Of a DNA stretch of 64,000 nt, positions 18,266 through 27,508 are shown in pieces. The notes under the pieces were generated by a model. It searched no databases and had not been told where the DNA came from. It saw only the letters and a list, made by a program, of their open reading frames with translations. How positions within the stretch are numbered: position 1 is the first letter of the stretch; each line of letters starts with the position of its first letter. Origin of the DNA: an uncultured Eubacteriales bacterium. Lineage in GTDB: Bacteria; Bacillota; Clostridia; Oscillospirales; Acutalibacteraceae. The translations under genes and the position numbers were made by a program. The stretch covers positions 10,204 through 74,203 of the forward strand of contig CAQZPH010000001.1 in assembly GCA_948933715.1 (NCBI GenBank), written 5' to 3'.

Positions 18266-18870
18266 TGCGATAACACCCCACTAATAATATTTTTCATTCT
18301 ATCAGATTTTAATTTTTCAGCATTAATAATATTGCATATATCTCTAACACAATTATCAACATTGTCATTTATAACAACATAATCATATATGTATGAAGAT
18401 TCTATTTCTTGCTTTGCTCTTTCAAGACGTCTTTTTAAGCTTTCATCAGTTTCAGTAGATCTTTTTACGAGCCTTGACGATAAAGCTTCAATCGACGGTG
18501 GTAAAATAAATATACTGACTGAATCACTGCATTTTTCTTTTATTTGTTTTGCTCCATTTACATCTATTTTTAATATTACATCTTTTCCGTCTTCCATTAA
18601 TTTATCAACTGATCTTTTTAATGTTCCGTAATAATTCCCACAATATTGTGTATATTCTAGCATTCCATTACTAGATATTATTTCTTTAAAATCCTTTTCT
18701 GAAACAAAAATATAATCCCTTTTATCTACCTCGTTGTTTCTTGCTTTTCTTGTTGTCATAGATACCGATTTTTCTATATTCTTATTTATACTAAAAATTT
18801 TTTCTATAATTGTATCTTTTCCTGAACCTGATGGACCAGATAGGACAATTAATAACCCCTTATTGCTCAT
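18247..18870 (-). CDS. gmk: guanylate kinase
   Basis: The P-loop is [11 protein letters not shown] and the TTR motif is present. I placed the start at the internal Met ([15 protein letters not shown], 18870). The track ORF has a 35-codon non-homologous N-terminal extension that overlaps remA. Confidence 0.88.
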   Translation of the reverse strand: MSNKGLLIVLSGPSGSGKDTIIEKIFSINKNIEKSVSMTTRKARNNEVDKRDYIFVSEKDFKEIISSNGMLEYTQYCGNYYGTLKRSVDKLMEDGKDVILKIDVNGAKQIKEKCSDSVSIFILPPSIEALSSRLVKRSTETDESLKRRLERAKQEIESSYIYDYVVINDNVDNCVRDICNIINAEKLKSDRMKNIISGVLSQCKNHQ

Positions 18871-19135
18871 ACAATTCCATATCCTCCTCTTCTTTATAAT
18901 ATTCTCCTTTAAACCTATTGGCAATAGTCTCTGGCTGCAATGCCGAAAGCACAACATGTTCACTATCTGTAACAATTACAGCCCTAGTTCTACGGCCACA
19001 TGTGGCATCTATTAATTCATTTCTATCTCTTGCATCAGTAATAACACGTTTTATTGGTGCAGATTCAGGGTTTACTATAGTAACAATTCTAGACGAAGAA
19101 ATCATATTGCCAAACCCTATATTAATAAACTTCAT
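18860..19135 (-). CDS. remA: extracellular matrix / biofilm regulatory protein RemA (DUF370)
   Basis: 91 aa. The sequence [30 protein letters not shown]...[26 protein letters not shown] is the highly conserved RemA/YlzA signature. Confidence 0.88.
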   Translation of the reverse strand: MKFINIGFGNMISSSRIVTIVNPESAPIKRVITDARDRNELIDATCGRRTRAVIVTDSEHVVLSALQPETIANRFKGEYYKEEEDMELYEQ

Positions 19136-19234
19136 AAATTGCTCTCCTTTTTAATTTGTGTATAATAAAAATATTTACTAGTTATATTAAATATTTTTAA
19201 TGTCTATTAAAACATACATAAACTTTATATAAAA

Positions 19235-20116
19235 TCATTCTATGTTCTGCACCTGTTCACGAATCTTTTCAATTTGTACTTTTAATTCAACAATCATGCT
19301 AGATATATCAACATCTTGCACTTTGGATCCTATTGTATTTACCTCTCTATTTAATTCTTGAACTAAAAACTCCATTTTTCGGCCTACTTCACCATCTGAT
19401 TCTAATAAACTCCGAAACTGATCTATATGACTTTTAATCCGAACCGTCTCTTCATCTATAGCCGTTTTATCTGCAAATATTGCAACTTCTGTTAATATTC
19501 TATTTTCATCAATAGTTAATTTTTCTTCATTAATAAATTCACTGATGCTTTGTCTTAATCTACACTTATAAGAATTTAAAATATCAGGCATTCTCTTTTC
19601 AATATCATTAACAATTGAAAAAATCAAGTCTAGCCTTGAACCTATATCAATTTTTAATCTTTGTCCTTCTTTTTCTCGCATCATAATAAGATCATCTAAA
19701 GCTAAGTTAGTAGTCTCTGCCACTTTTGACGTTAGTAGGTTTTCATCAAGTTGTAATTTATCTGCAACTAATACATCTTGGAATTTTGATAAAAGCGACA
19801 ATGACATATCATCAACTAAATTATATTGTTTTTTTAGATCAGCTAAAGCCCTAAAATATGCTCCAGCTGCCTCATGATTAACAGAAACATTTTTAAGATG
19901 GTCAAATCCTTCTATATTTAAAATAACATCACATTTTCCTCTTATAAGTTTTGTTCTTACAATATCCCTTACCTTTTCTTCTAAGAAAACACAGCCTTTT
20001 GGAACTTTAGCTGAAAACTCAAAATATCTGTGATTTAAGGATTTAATTTCAATTGATATCACTCCAAGTGAATCTGACAATTGACTTTTGCCATACCCTG
20101 TCATGCTTTTAATCAA
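19235..20116 (-). CDS. yicC: YicC/YloC family endoribonuclease
   Basis: 293 aa. It starts MIKSMTGYG and has the C-terminal DUF1732 motif (EFLVQELNREVNTIGSK). It uses a TTG start with a GAGGGT RBS. Confidence 0.88.
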   Translation of the reverse strand: MIKSMTGYGKSQLSDSLGVISIEIKSLNHRYFEFSAKVPKGCVFLEEKVRDIVRTKLIRGKCDVILNIEGFDHLKNVSVNHEAAGAYFRALADLKKQYNLVDDMSLSLLSKFQDVLVADKLQLDENLLTSKVAETTNLALDDLIMMREKEGQRLKIDIGSRLDLIFSIVNDIEKRMPDILNSYKCRLRQSISEFINEEKLTIDENRILTEVAIFADKTAIDEETVRIKSHIDQFRSLLESDGEVGRKMEFLVQELNREVNTIGSKVQDVDISSMIVELKVQIEKIREQVQNIE

Positions 20117-20214
20117 AATCTACCCTCTCAATTCAAGAAAAATAATTTTAAAATACTTACTTTATATTTTATCAATTTTTTATAGCCTTTGTCAACCATA
20201 TAAAGACCATTAAA

Positions 20215-20250
20215 CAAAAAAGAAACCTGCAAAAAACAGATTTCTTTTTT
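20215..20250 (-). terminator. intrinsic terminator after nrdR
   Basis: On the minus-strand RNA, GAAAUCUG pairs with CAGGUUUC (one G-U wobble) and is followed by UUUUUU. It lies immediately after the nrdR stop codon. Confidence 0.65.
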
Positions 20251-20251
20251 A

Positions 20252-20710
20252 TTACTTTTTGTCTACTAATAGTTTTTTTAGTTCATCCATCAAACTATCT
20301 ACATCATCAAATTCACGGTACACTGAAGCAAATCTTACGTACGCAACTTTATCAATTTCCTTTAAAGCCTCCATAACGTATTCACCTATATCACTTGAAG
20401 TAACTTCTCTAATCATGGAGTTGCGTATTTTTGATTCTATCTTATCAATACTATTTTCTATTAGTTCTAAAGATATCTGCCTTTTTTCACAAGACTTTAG
20501 CATTCCGTTAATTAATTTTGTTCTGTCAAAAAGTTCTCTTGATTTATCTTTCTTTATTACTATTATAGGTAAATTTTCTATCATCTCATATGTAGTAAAT
20601 CTAAAAGCACATTTTAAACATTCTCTGCGTCTTCTTATTTTTTCGCCTTCATCTGCTGGTCTTGAGTCTATAACTTTACTTTCCTCAAACCCACAATGTG
20701 GACATTTCAA
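20252..20710 (-). CDS. nrdR: transcriptional repressor NrdR
   Basis: 152 aa. The zinc ribbon is MKCPHCG...CLKC and is followed by an ATP-cone domain. Confidence 0.93.
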   Translation of the reverse strand: MKCPHCGFEESKVIDSRPADEGEKIRRRRECLKCAFRFTTYEMIENLPIIVIKKDKSRELFDRTKLINGMLKSCEKRQISLELIENSIDKIESKIRNSMIREVTSSDIGEYVMEALKEIDKVAYVRFASVYREFDDVDSLMDELKKLLVDKK

Positions 20711-20724
20711 TTTTATCTCTCCTT

Positions 20725-20985
20725 TTATAAGAACATATTAAAAAGCAACATCATAGTGACACCAGGTATTCCAATAACTGCTGAAATTGCTAAGGATAAC
20801 AAACTTACCGGTAAAGTTACTCCTGTAACCCCCCCTACAATATTAACAATAAATAAAGTGCCCATCCCCTTAATCATAGACAAAACCATTTTTTTAAAAG
20901 GATGCTTTGCTTTAACTATTATCTGTATTGAAATCAGAAGTAAAAACACTATAGATGCTATGAGTAATTTAATCCACAAAGGCAT
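20725..20985 (-). CDS. bofA: pro-sigmaK processing inhibitor BofA
   Basis: 86 aa with two TM segments. The C-terminal [16 protein letters not shown] resembles B. subtilis BofA (ISGILGIPG...). It is adjacent to yaaL, as in Bacillus. Confidence 0.75.
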   Translation of the reverse strand: MPLWIKLLIASIVFLLLISIQIIVKAKHPFKKMVLSMIKGMGTLFIVNIVGGVTGVTLPVSLLSLAISAVIGIPGVTMMLLFNMFL

Positions 20986-21011
20986 TGTCTTACAATCGTC
21001 CCTTCTTATTT

Positions 21012-21263
21012 TTACCTCTGCATAACTGAGATATCATTTGCTTTTGCTTTCTTTAATAAATATCTATACCTTGCTCGCAGGGATTCTCGTTGATAAATGC
21101 TGGCTTCTATTAAGTCTTCATCATCTTCCATTTGAAACCATGTTTCTGTGCATTCCATCTGTGCATAAAGATCGTTTAGTTCATTAAATAATTTCTTTTT
21201 AGTAGCATTTAATATATTGTGCTTATTATCTTTTGTCCAAAAAATATCCTTAACTCCACTCAC
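21012..21263 (-). CDS. yaaL: YaaL family protein (DUF2508)
   Basis: 83 aa. The helical region (LIEASIYQRESLRARYRYLLKKAK) and the pairing with bofA are typical of DUF2508. Confidence 0.6.
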   Translation of the reverse strand: MSGVKDIFWTKDNKHNILNATKKKLFNELNDLYAQMECTETWFQMEDDEDLIEASIYQRESLRARYRYLLKKAKANDISVMQR

Positions 21264-21400
21264 GTTAAAACCCCTTTCCTCAAGTAAAAAAACATTATAA
21301 TGTCTAGTGTATGATTATTCTTATTCTATTGATATGATATATATTGACCATTTATTCCAGTTATTATTCAAGTTAAATCCAAAAAATCTATATAATTCCA

Positions 21401-23503
21401 TTATAAAAGAGGTTTAAAGTCTATTTTCCCGGTAGATACATCAGCTGATATTACCTCCACATTTATAGCATCTCCCATGGAGAAAGACTTCTCAGACTTC
21501 TTATTTATTAAATTCATAAGACCATTAAACTCAAAATTATACCCTGGAAAAAACTCAATCCCTATAAATCCTTCAACTCCACTGTCAAGTTCCACAAAAA
21601 TTCCAGTTTGCACAGATCCACTTATTTTTCCCTCAAACTGCTCTCCTATATGGTAAGACATATATTCTGCCATATAACATTTTTCTGCATCTCGTTCTGC
21701 TTTCATTGCTCTTATTTCATAGTTTGAACTAAGAGCTGATGATTCTCTTGCAAAACTTTTATATGTTTTCTCTATTTTATCTACGGGAACTGCATTTACC
21801 AAATCTGTTAATATCCTGTGCACTGACGTATCTGGATATCTTCTAATTGGAGATGTAAAATGGCAATAGTCTTCAAGGGATAAGCCAAAATGACCAAGTG
21901 GTTCTTCAAAATATCTAGCTTTAGACATTGACCTTAAAATTTGATTCGATACTATGCTACTTATACTAGTGCCTTTTATCTGGTCTAACACATCTGCTAT
22001 ATCTCTTGATTTTAATCCTGGTCGAATTCTACGAGTTTTTATTCCAAATAAAGACATAGTGCTTGCTAAAGCATTTATCTTATCCGGAGACGGAGATTCA
22101 TGAACCCTATATACAAAAGGAATATGCGCATCTTTAGCATACATTGCTGCTGCCTGATTTGCCATAATCATGAATTGTTCTATCATTCTCTCAGTAAATC
22201 CGCGTTGCCTTTTTTGCACATCAATGCATAGGCCATTTTCATCAAGAGTAAATTTTGATTCCACACTTTCAAGTTCCATATTACCACGCTTTTGTGCATT
22301 ATCTTGTAGAATCTCGGCTAATTCTTTTGCCTCAATTAATTTATCTAAAATCAATGAATATTTCTCTTTTAATTTTTTCGTTGTCTTTCCTAAAAGGATC
22401 TTATTAACTTCAGAATAGACTCCCCGCACCTTAGAATTAATAACACTCTTTTTAAATTCAAATGTTTTTATGTTTCCCTTTTTATCTAAAGTTAAAAGTG
22501 CCGAAAAAGTTAACCTATCTTCCCCCACATTAAGTGAACATATTCCATTTGACAGCTCTTTAGGTAGCATTGGAATAACTCTATCTGCAAAGTAAACAGA
22601 AGTTCCTCTTTCACGGGCTTCATTATCAAGGTGTGTTCCTGGGCGAACATAGTAAGATACATCTGCTATATGAACCCCAAGATCCCAACCATTTTTTGTC
22701 TTTTTAATGGATATCGCATCGTCTAAATCTTTTGCATCTTCCCCATCTATAGTAAAAATTAATTCTTTTCTTAAATCTAGACGTTTACTTATTTCCGCTT
22801 CATTAATTCCTAATTTAGATAACTTTTTAGCTTCTTTTAAGGTTGCATCTTCAAATACAGTCGGTATTCCCGCTGAATCAATTATTGCATCCGCACATAC
22901 TCTAGCAACTTGAGATTGCCCGTAAACTTTTAATACTTTAGCAAAAATTCTTTTGCTATCCTTTTCTGTAAATAATTTAACTAAAACTTTATCATTATTC
23001 ATAGCACCTTTAGTTCTGCTCTTTTTTATTGGTATATTGTATCTATATCCTTTATCGGCTATAAACTCTATATTTTTCTTAGTTCTTAAAACTCTTCCTG
23101 ATATAACTCTATCCCCTTGAGTTACTATTCGTTCAACAGCGGCACTTTTCCCTTTTGAAGATTCTTTTATCCTGTTTAACATAACAATATCATTAAGCAT
23201 ACATTTTTTGCTTTTTTCTATAGGTACGTATATATCTTCTCCATCAAAAAGAGGTTTTGCAAAAACAAAATTTTGCGTATGAGAAACTATTTTAGCAGGT
23301 ATAAATCCACAAGCTGCAGGAGAAATTAGTTTATCTTTTTTTGTTAAAATTAATTTAGCTTCAATTATTAATTCATCAACTGCTTTATTAAAACTTTTTA
23401 TATCACTTATATTTAGTTCTTTACACACATCTTTTACAGGAACTGCACAAACCTGCTTATTAATAAAACAAAGTAAATCATTTTTTATATCGCTGCTCAT
23501 CAT
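21401..23503 (-). CDS. rnr: ribonuclease R
   Basis: 700 aa. The RNB catalytic motifs are TIDGEDAKDLDDAIS and HFTSPIRRYPD. An S1 domain lies at the C-terminus. The RBS is AGGAGGGG. Confidence 0.92.
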   Translation of the reverse strand: MMSSDIKNDLLCFINKQVCAVPVKDVCKELNISDIKSFNKAVDELIIEAKLILTKKDKLISPAACGFIPAKIVSHTQNFVFAKPLFDGEDIYVPIEKSKKCMLNDIVMLNRIKESSKGKSAAVERIVTQGDRVISGRVLRTKKNIEFIADKGYRYNIPIKKSRTKGAMNNDKVLVKLFTEKDSKRIFAKVLKVYGQSQVARVCADAIIDSAGIPTVFEDATLKEAKKLSKLGINEAEISKRLDLRKELIFTIDGEDAKDLDDAISIKKTKNGWDLGVHIADVSYYVRPGTHLDNEARERGTSVYFADRVIPMLPKELSNGICSLNVGEDRLTFSALLTLDKKGNIKTFEFKKSVINSKVRGVYSEVNKILLGKTTKKLKEKYSLILDKLIEAKELAEILQDNAQKRGNMELESVESKFTLDENGLCIDVQKRQRGFTERMIEQFMIMANQAAAMYAKDAHIPFVYRVHESPSPDKINALASTMSLFGIKTRRIRPGLKSRDIADVLDQIKGTSISSIVSNQILRSMSKARYFEEPLGHFGLSLEDYCHFTSPIRRYPDTSVHRILTDLVNAVPVDKIEKTYKSFARESSALSSNYEIRAMKAERDAEKCYMAEYMSYHIGEQFEGKISGSVQTGIFVELDSGVEGFIGIEFFPGYNFEFNGLMNLINKKSEKSFSMGDAINVEVISADVSTGKIDFKPLL

Positions 23504-23640
23504 TTCCCCTCCTGTAAAAGTAGATAGTGGACAAATTCACCCCTATCACATCATAAGTGACAGGGGTACACCCATAAAGGGTCTCTCCCCAATTTTATTA
23601 AACGGGTGAGTCCTTTTTTAATGTTTAATTAGTAAGGTTA

Positions 23641-23886
23641 TTACATAAAGAAAATAACCGCATTAATTGCCATAACCAAAATAAAGAATCCTATTGCAAT
23701 AAACTTTGTCCAGCGCTCTAAAAAGGCATCGATAGAACGGGATTTATTTTTGGAATAAAAAGTCTCAGAATTTACTGTTACCTCACCGGCGTTTTGTTGA
23801 TGGCCTTCTTGAAGTAATACTATAAGCACTATTGCAACTGAAAACACCAGCAATGCTACACCTAATGCTATTTGAATTGCATTCAT
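23641..23886 (-). CDS. secG: preprotein translocase subunit SecG
   Basis: About 81 aa from the ATG at 23886, with a GGAGG RBS 8 nt upstream. It has two TM segments and the LLQ.G motif. The track ORF starts 5 codons earlier. Confidence 0.8.
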   Translation of the reverse strand: MNAIQIALGVALLVFSVAIVLIVLLQEGHQQNAGEVTVNSETFYSKNKSRSIDAFLERWTKFIAIGFFILVMAINAVIFFM

Positions 23887-23962
23887 TGATAATACCTCCA
23901 AAAGTATCCGTTAAAATTCCTTTTTATAATAACACACGCAATAAATATTTGCAATATGAAAA

Positions 23963-26900
23963 TTACAAAAGCATTTGCTTACCTGTGTAGAATGAATATA
24001 AAATTTTTTCTTTTACTAACGTTTCTGTACATTTAATTAAAGCTTTCTCATAGAGCTCTAATTGTTTTAAATATATTTTCCTAAACTCTTCTTCTGATTC
24101 TATCGCGTTTGTCTTATAGTCAACAATAATAAATTTTCCATCCTCTTTAAAAATACAATCAATGGCTCCCTGCAAAATTACAGACTCATTTTTAAACTCA
24201 GCCTTAATATCAGAAACAACTTCATTGGCATTAATATTTACAGTAAACCTAAATTCTCTTATCACTTTTTCTGAATTTAATATCCTACTGCACAGATTAC
24301 TTTCTAAAAATCTTTCTATCTTATCTACATCTAAAATATTATATTGTTCTCTTGTGATAAATCCATTTGTCATTAGCCGCTGCATTTCAGAAAAAAGATC
24401 AGTTTTTGCATTTTTTAAGTTTACAAACTGCATAAATGCGTGCAGTGCTGTACCTTTTTGAGCCGAGCTCATCGTCTCTCCCGATAAAAATGCAGGTCTA
24501 CTTGCAAAATCAAATTTATTGGATTTATCACTTGATATTAAATCCGATACCGTAACTTTAGTGGGTATTCTTGATAGTTCTGTGTATTTATAAGTATAAT
24601 TTATTCTATTATTAATTTTCTTAAGCAGTTCCTCATCTATTACTTCTTTATAAAAATTTTTAGTTTCCTCTTCATCTTCTAAGTCAAGTTCTGGTTTTAT
24701 AATTTCAATGGACCACTTATCATCGTCGTCTAACATTATTCCGGGCAAAGCACACGATATGTCTCTAAGATATTTTCCATCAGGATGCCTTAAAGCACAC
24801 AATAAAATCCAATCTGAAAAACTCAAGGAACTTTTTACTACATAGGGAGATATTGATGATTTCTCAGTAATTTGGCTTGCTAGTTTGCTAATCGCCGACC
24901 GGGGATTTTTAAGTGATGTTACCATAATGAGGTGTTCTTTTGCTCTTGTCATGGCAACATAAAGTACCCTTAGTTCTTCTGACATTGTACTTTTTTCTAT
25001 ATCTAATTTTATTGCTTTCCTTTGTATGGTTGTATACTTTCTCATAATGTTCCCGTCAAGCAGCTTAAGACCCGGCCCCAATTCCGGATGCAAAAGTATA
25101 TCTCCCATATCCTTGTTAAACTTTCTTGAACAATTAGCAACAATACACACCGGAAATTCAAGCCCCTTTGACCGATGTATACTCATTATCTTAACCACAT
25201 TGGCACCTTCTGATATCGCATTAGAAGCCACCATGTCTGATTTTTGTTCCTCTAATTTATCTATAAATCTAACAAACCCCGTAAGCCCCCTATACCCAGC
25301 AGCTTCGTAATTTCTTGCATACTCCAATAACAAATGCAAATTATTAAATCTTAAATGTCCTTCTTTCATTGATTGCACAATAGATAAATATCCAGATTTA
25401 TCATATATATATTGAATCAATTTATCCGAAGGCATCGTCGATGCTAATCTTCTATAATCATCCATCTCTGCTAAAAATTTTTTGCACTTAGGGTTTCCCT
25501 TTTCAGCACAACTTTTTAGCGCAAAATATAATGGTACTTTTTCATTGCACACTCTAATATCACTTAAATCATCCGGCGTAAATCCAAATATAGGGCTAAG
25601 CAAAATCGATATAAGCGGTATATCTTGTATAGGATTATCTATTATTCTTAACATTGAAATAATCGTAGCAATTTCCACTGTGCCAAAAAAGCTTCCAGAA
25701 GTATCCGACCATGCAGGAACCCCGCATAGTTCAAGTTCTTTTATAAATTCCGGTGCATGTTTATTAGCACTCCTTAGTAAGATACAAAAATCTCCATAAG
25801 TCACAGGTCTATAAACCTCTTTATCTTTTATTTTATAACCCGAACCTATCATTTCGCTTATCATCTTTGCTATGTATTTTGCCTCTGAAACGTTCATGTT
25901 TTCGCTGTTATCATCAGAAAGATCAATTATCTTAACTGACATATCCGGTATATCTCTTTTTTCATATAAAGCTCCCGGAATTAATTTTTCTTCATCTGTA
26001 TATTCCATTTCACCCATGGACTTTGACATAAGCTGAGAAAACACAAAATTCGTAGCCCCGAGAACACCTTTTCTACTTCTAAAGTTCTTATCTAATATAA
26101 TTTTAGCTGGATATGTTTCCTTGCTTTCATCAAACTTATTATAACTTTCCTTTCTTCTAAGGAAAATTTCAGGCATAGCTTGCCGAAATCTATATATACT
26201 CTGTTTAACGTCTCCTACAATAAATAAATTTCTTTCATCATTGGATATTGCTCTAAATATCATATCCTGTACTTCATTTGTATCTTGATATTCATCCACC
26301 ATAACATGATCAAACTTTGATGATAAATTTTGTGCCAATTCTGTTTTTTCAAACCCGGTATCTGTTGGCCTTACCAACAACTTAAGGGTTAAATGCTCAA
26401 GATCGCCAAAATCCACAATGCCTTTTTCCCTTTTTAAAACATCAAGTTCTCCCCAAAAAGCCTTAACAAGAGAAAACATTTCATTAATGACCGGTTTAAG
26501 TTTTTTTATATCATCAAGGCATTGTTCTTCATCGGGATAAAAAATTTGAGTTAACTTTTTTATTATATCTTTAACTTCCTGTCGATTCTGAGTAACTTTT
26601 AATTTTATCGGGTCATCAACATAACCTGTAAGTCTTTTAAGTGTAGTAAACTGAGACTGTTTTAATTTATTAGATATTTGGTCCCATGTTCCACTCACCA
26701 GCAAGTTTTTTATTTCACTGAGCATAGCCATATCAAAAGAAAGGTTTTCACCATACGCATTTTTTATTTTCTCATCTTCATCCAGGGTGGCAATAGAATT
26801 CCTTGTTAATGCTATACACTGTTCGGTAGCCTCCATGGCATAATCCATCAAAGTCTTTGCAAAAATTGTTTCTCTCATATTGGTATTTTCATCATATAAT

Positions 26901-27508
26901 TCTAATTTTTCATCCAGCCACCTATCTGGAAAGGGATGAGATCTAACAAACTCATACAGTGTTAAAACTCCATTAACTAACTTTTTGTCATCCCTACTGG
27001 AACTAAATGCTTCGATCAAATTATAAAAATTTTTATCTGCGTTTTTATATTTTTCTTCTAAAACATTTTGTATAGCCTCATCTTTTAAGACTATCATTTC
27101 GTTTTCGTCAGCGATTCTAAAGTCTGGTGATATATCTAATTCATAAAAATTCTCTTTTATAAGTTCGTTACAAAAACTATGTATAGTACTTATATGAGCT
27201 CCTGAAAGCATCAATTGCTGACGCTGCAAATTCTTATTTTCAGGACTACACATTAGCATCTCTGATATTTTAGTACTGATACGTTCTCTCATCTCAGCTG
27301 CAGCTGCTTTTGTAAAGGTTACAACAAGCAATCTATCAGCATCACAAGGGTTATCTTTATCAGTTAAAATTTTTATAACGCGTTCTACTAAAACTGCTGT
27401 TTTTCCTGATCCTGCTGCTGCTGAAACTAGCACTGATCCATTCCTTGCTTTTATAGCATTTAATTGACTTTTAGTCCACATTTTTTCAGCCAACATAATC
27501 ACCTTCAT
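23963..27508 (-). CDS. addA: helicase-exonuclease AddAB, subunit A
   Basis: 1181 aa. It has UvrD-type helicase motifs (AAAGSGKT, VDEYQDTN) and a C-terminal RecB-type nuclease (DCIF..IVDYKT). The exact start is uncertain among Met1, Met5 and Met10. It overlaps the end of addB. Confidence 0.9.
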   Translation of the reverse strand: MKVIMLAEKMWTKSQLNAIKARNGSVLVSAAAGSGKTAVLVERVIKILTDKDNPCDADRLLVVTFTKAAAAEMRERISTKISEMLMCSPENKNLQRQQLMLSGAHISTIHSFCNELIKENFYELDISPDFRIADENEMIVLKDEAIQNVLEEKYKNADKNFYNLIEAFSSSRDDKKLVNGVLTLYEFVRSHPFPDRWLDEKLELYDENTNMRETIFAKTLMDYAMEATEQCIALTRNSIATLDEDEKIKNAYGENLSFDMAMLSEIKNLLVSGTWDQISNKLKQSQFTTLKRLTGYVDDPIKLKVTQNRQEVKDIIKKLTQIFYPDEEQCLDDIKKLKPVINEMFSLVKAFWGELDVLKREKGIVDFGDLEHLTLKLLVRPTDTGFEKTELAQNLSSKFDHVMVDEYQDTNEVQDMIFRAISNDERNLFIVGDVKQSIYRFRQAMPEIFLRRKESYNKFDESKETYPAKIILDKNFRSRKGVLGATNFVFSQLMSKSMGEMEYTDEEKLIPGALYEKRDIPDMSVKIIDLSDDNSENMNVSEAKYIAKMISEMIGSGYKIKDKEVYRPVTYGDFCILLRSANKHAPEFIKELELCGVPAWSDTSGSFFGTVEIATIISMLRIIDNPIQDIPLISILLSPIFGFTPDDLSDIRVCNEKVPLYFALKSCAEKGNPKCKKFLAEMDDYRRLASTMPSDKLIQYIYDKSGYLSIVQSMKEGHLRFNNLHLLLEYARNYEAAGYRGLTGFVRFIDKLEEQKSDMVASNAISEGANVVKIMSIHRSKGLEFPVCIVANCSRKFNKDMGDILLHPELGPGLKLLDGNIMRKYTTIQRKAIKLDIEKSTMSEELRVLYVAMTRAKEHLIMVTSLKNPRSAISKLASQITEKSSISPYVVKSSLSFSDWILLCALRHPDGKYLRDISCALPGIMLDDDDKWSIEIIKPELDLEDEEETKNFYKEVIDEELLKKINNRINYTYKYTELSRIPTKVTVSDLISSDKSNKFDFASRPAFLSGETMSSAQKGTALHAFMQFVNLKNAKTDLFSEMQRLMTNGFITREQYNILDVDKIERFLESNLCSRILNSEKVIREFRFTVNINANEVVSDIKAEFKNESVILQGAIDCIFKEDGKFIIVDYKTNAIESEEEFRKIYLKQLELYEKALIKCTETLVKEKILYSFYTGKQMLL

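Noticed and set aside
18871-18975. Long N-terminal extensions in track ORFs. These are gmk (35 codons), metK (9), the M50 protease (18), der (8), priA (4), addB (5), the BCCP (5) and the leader peptide (21).
   Set aside because: In each case a canonical Shine-Dalgarno plus start codon lies internally, exactly where the conserved protein N-terminus begins. The extensions are artefacts of taking the longest ORF or an alternative start codon. They are not real fusions or novel domains.
20259-20741. 160-aa plus-strand ORF covering nrdR. The 109-aa ORF at 20696-21025 over bofA is a similar case.
   Set aside because: nrdR and bofA on the minus strand have unmistakable signatures. The plus-strand translations are Ser/Ile/Leu-rich and low-complexity, with no RBS.
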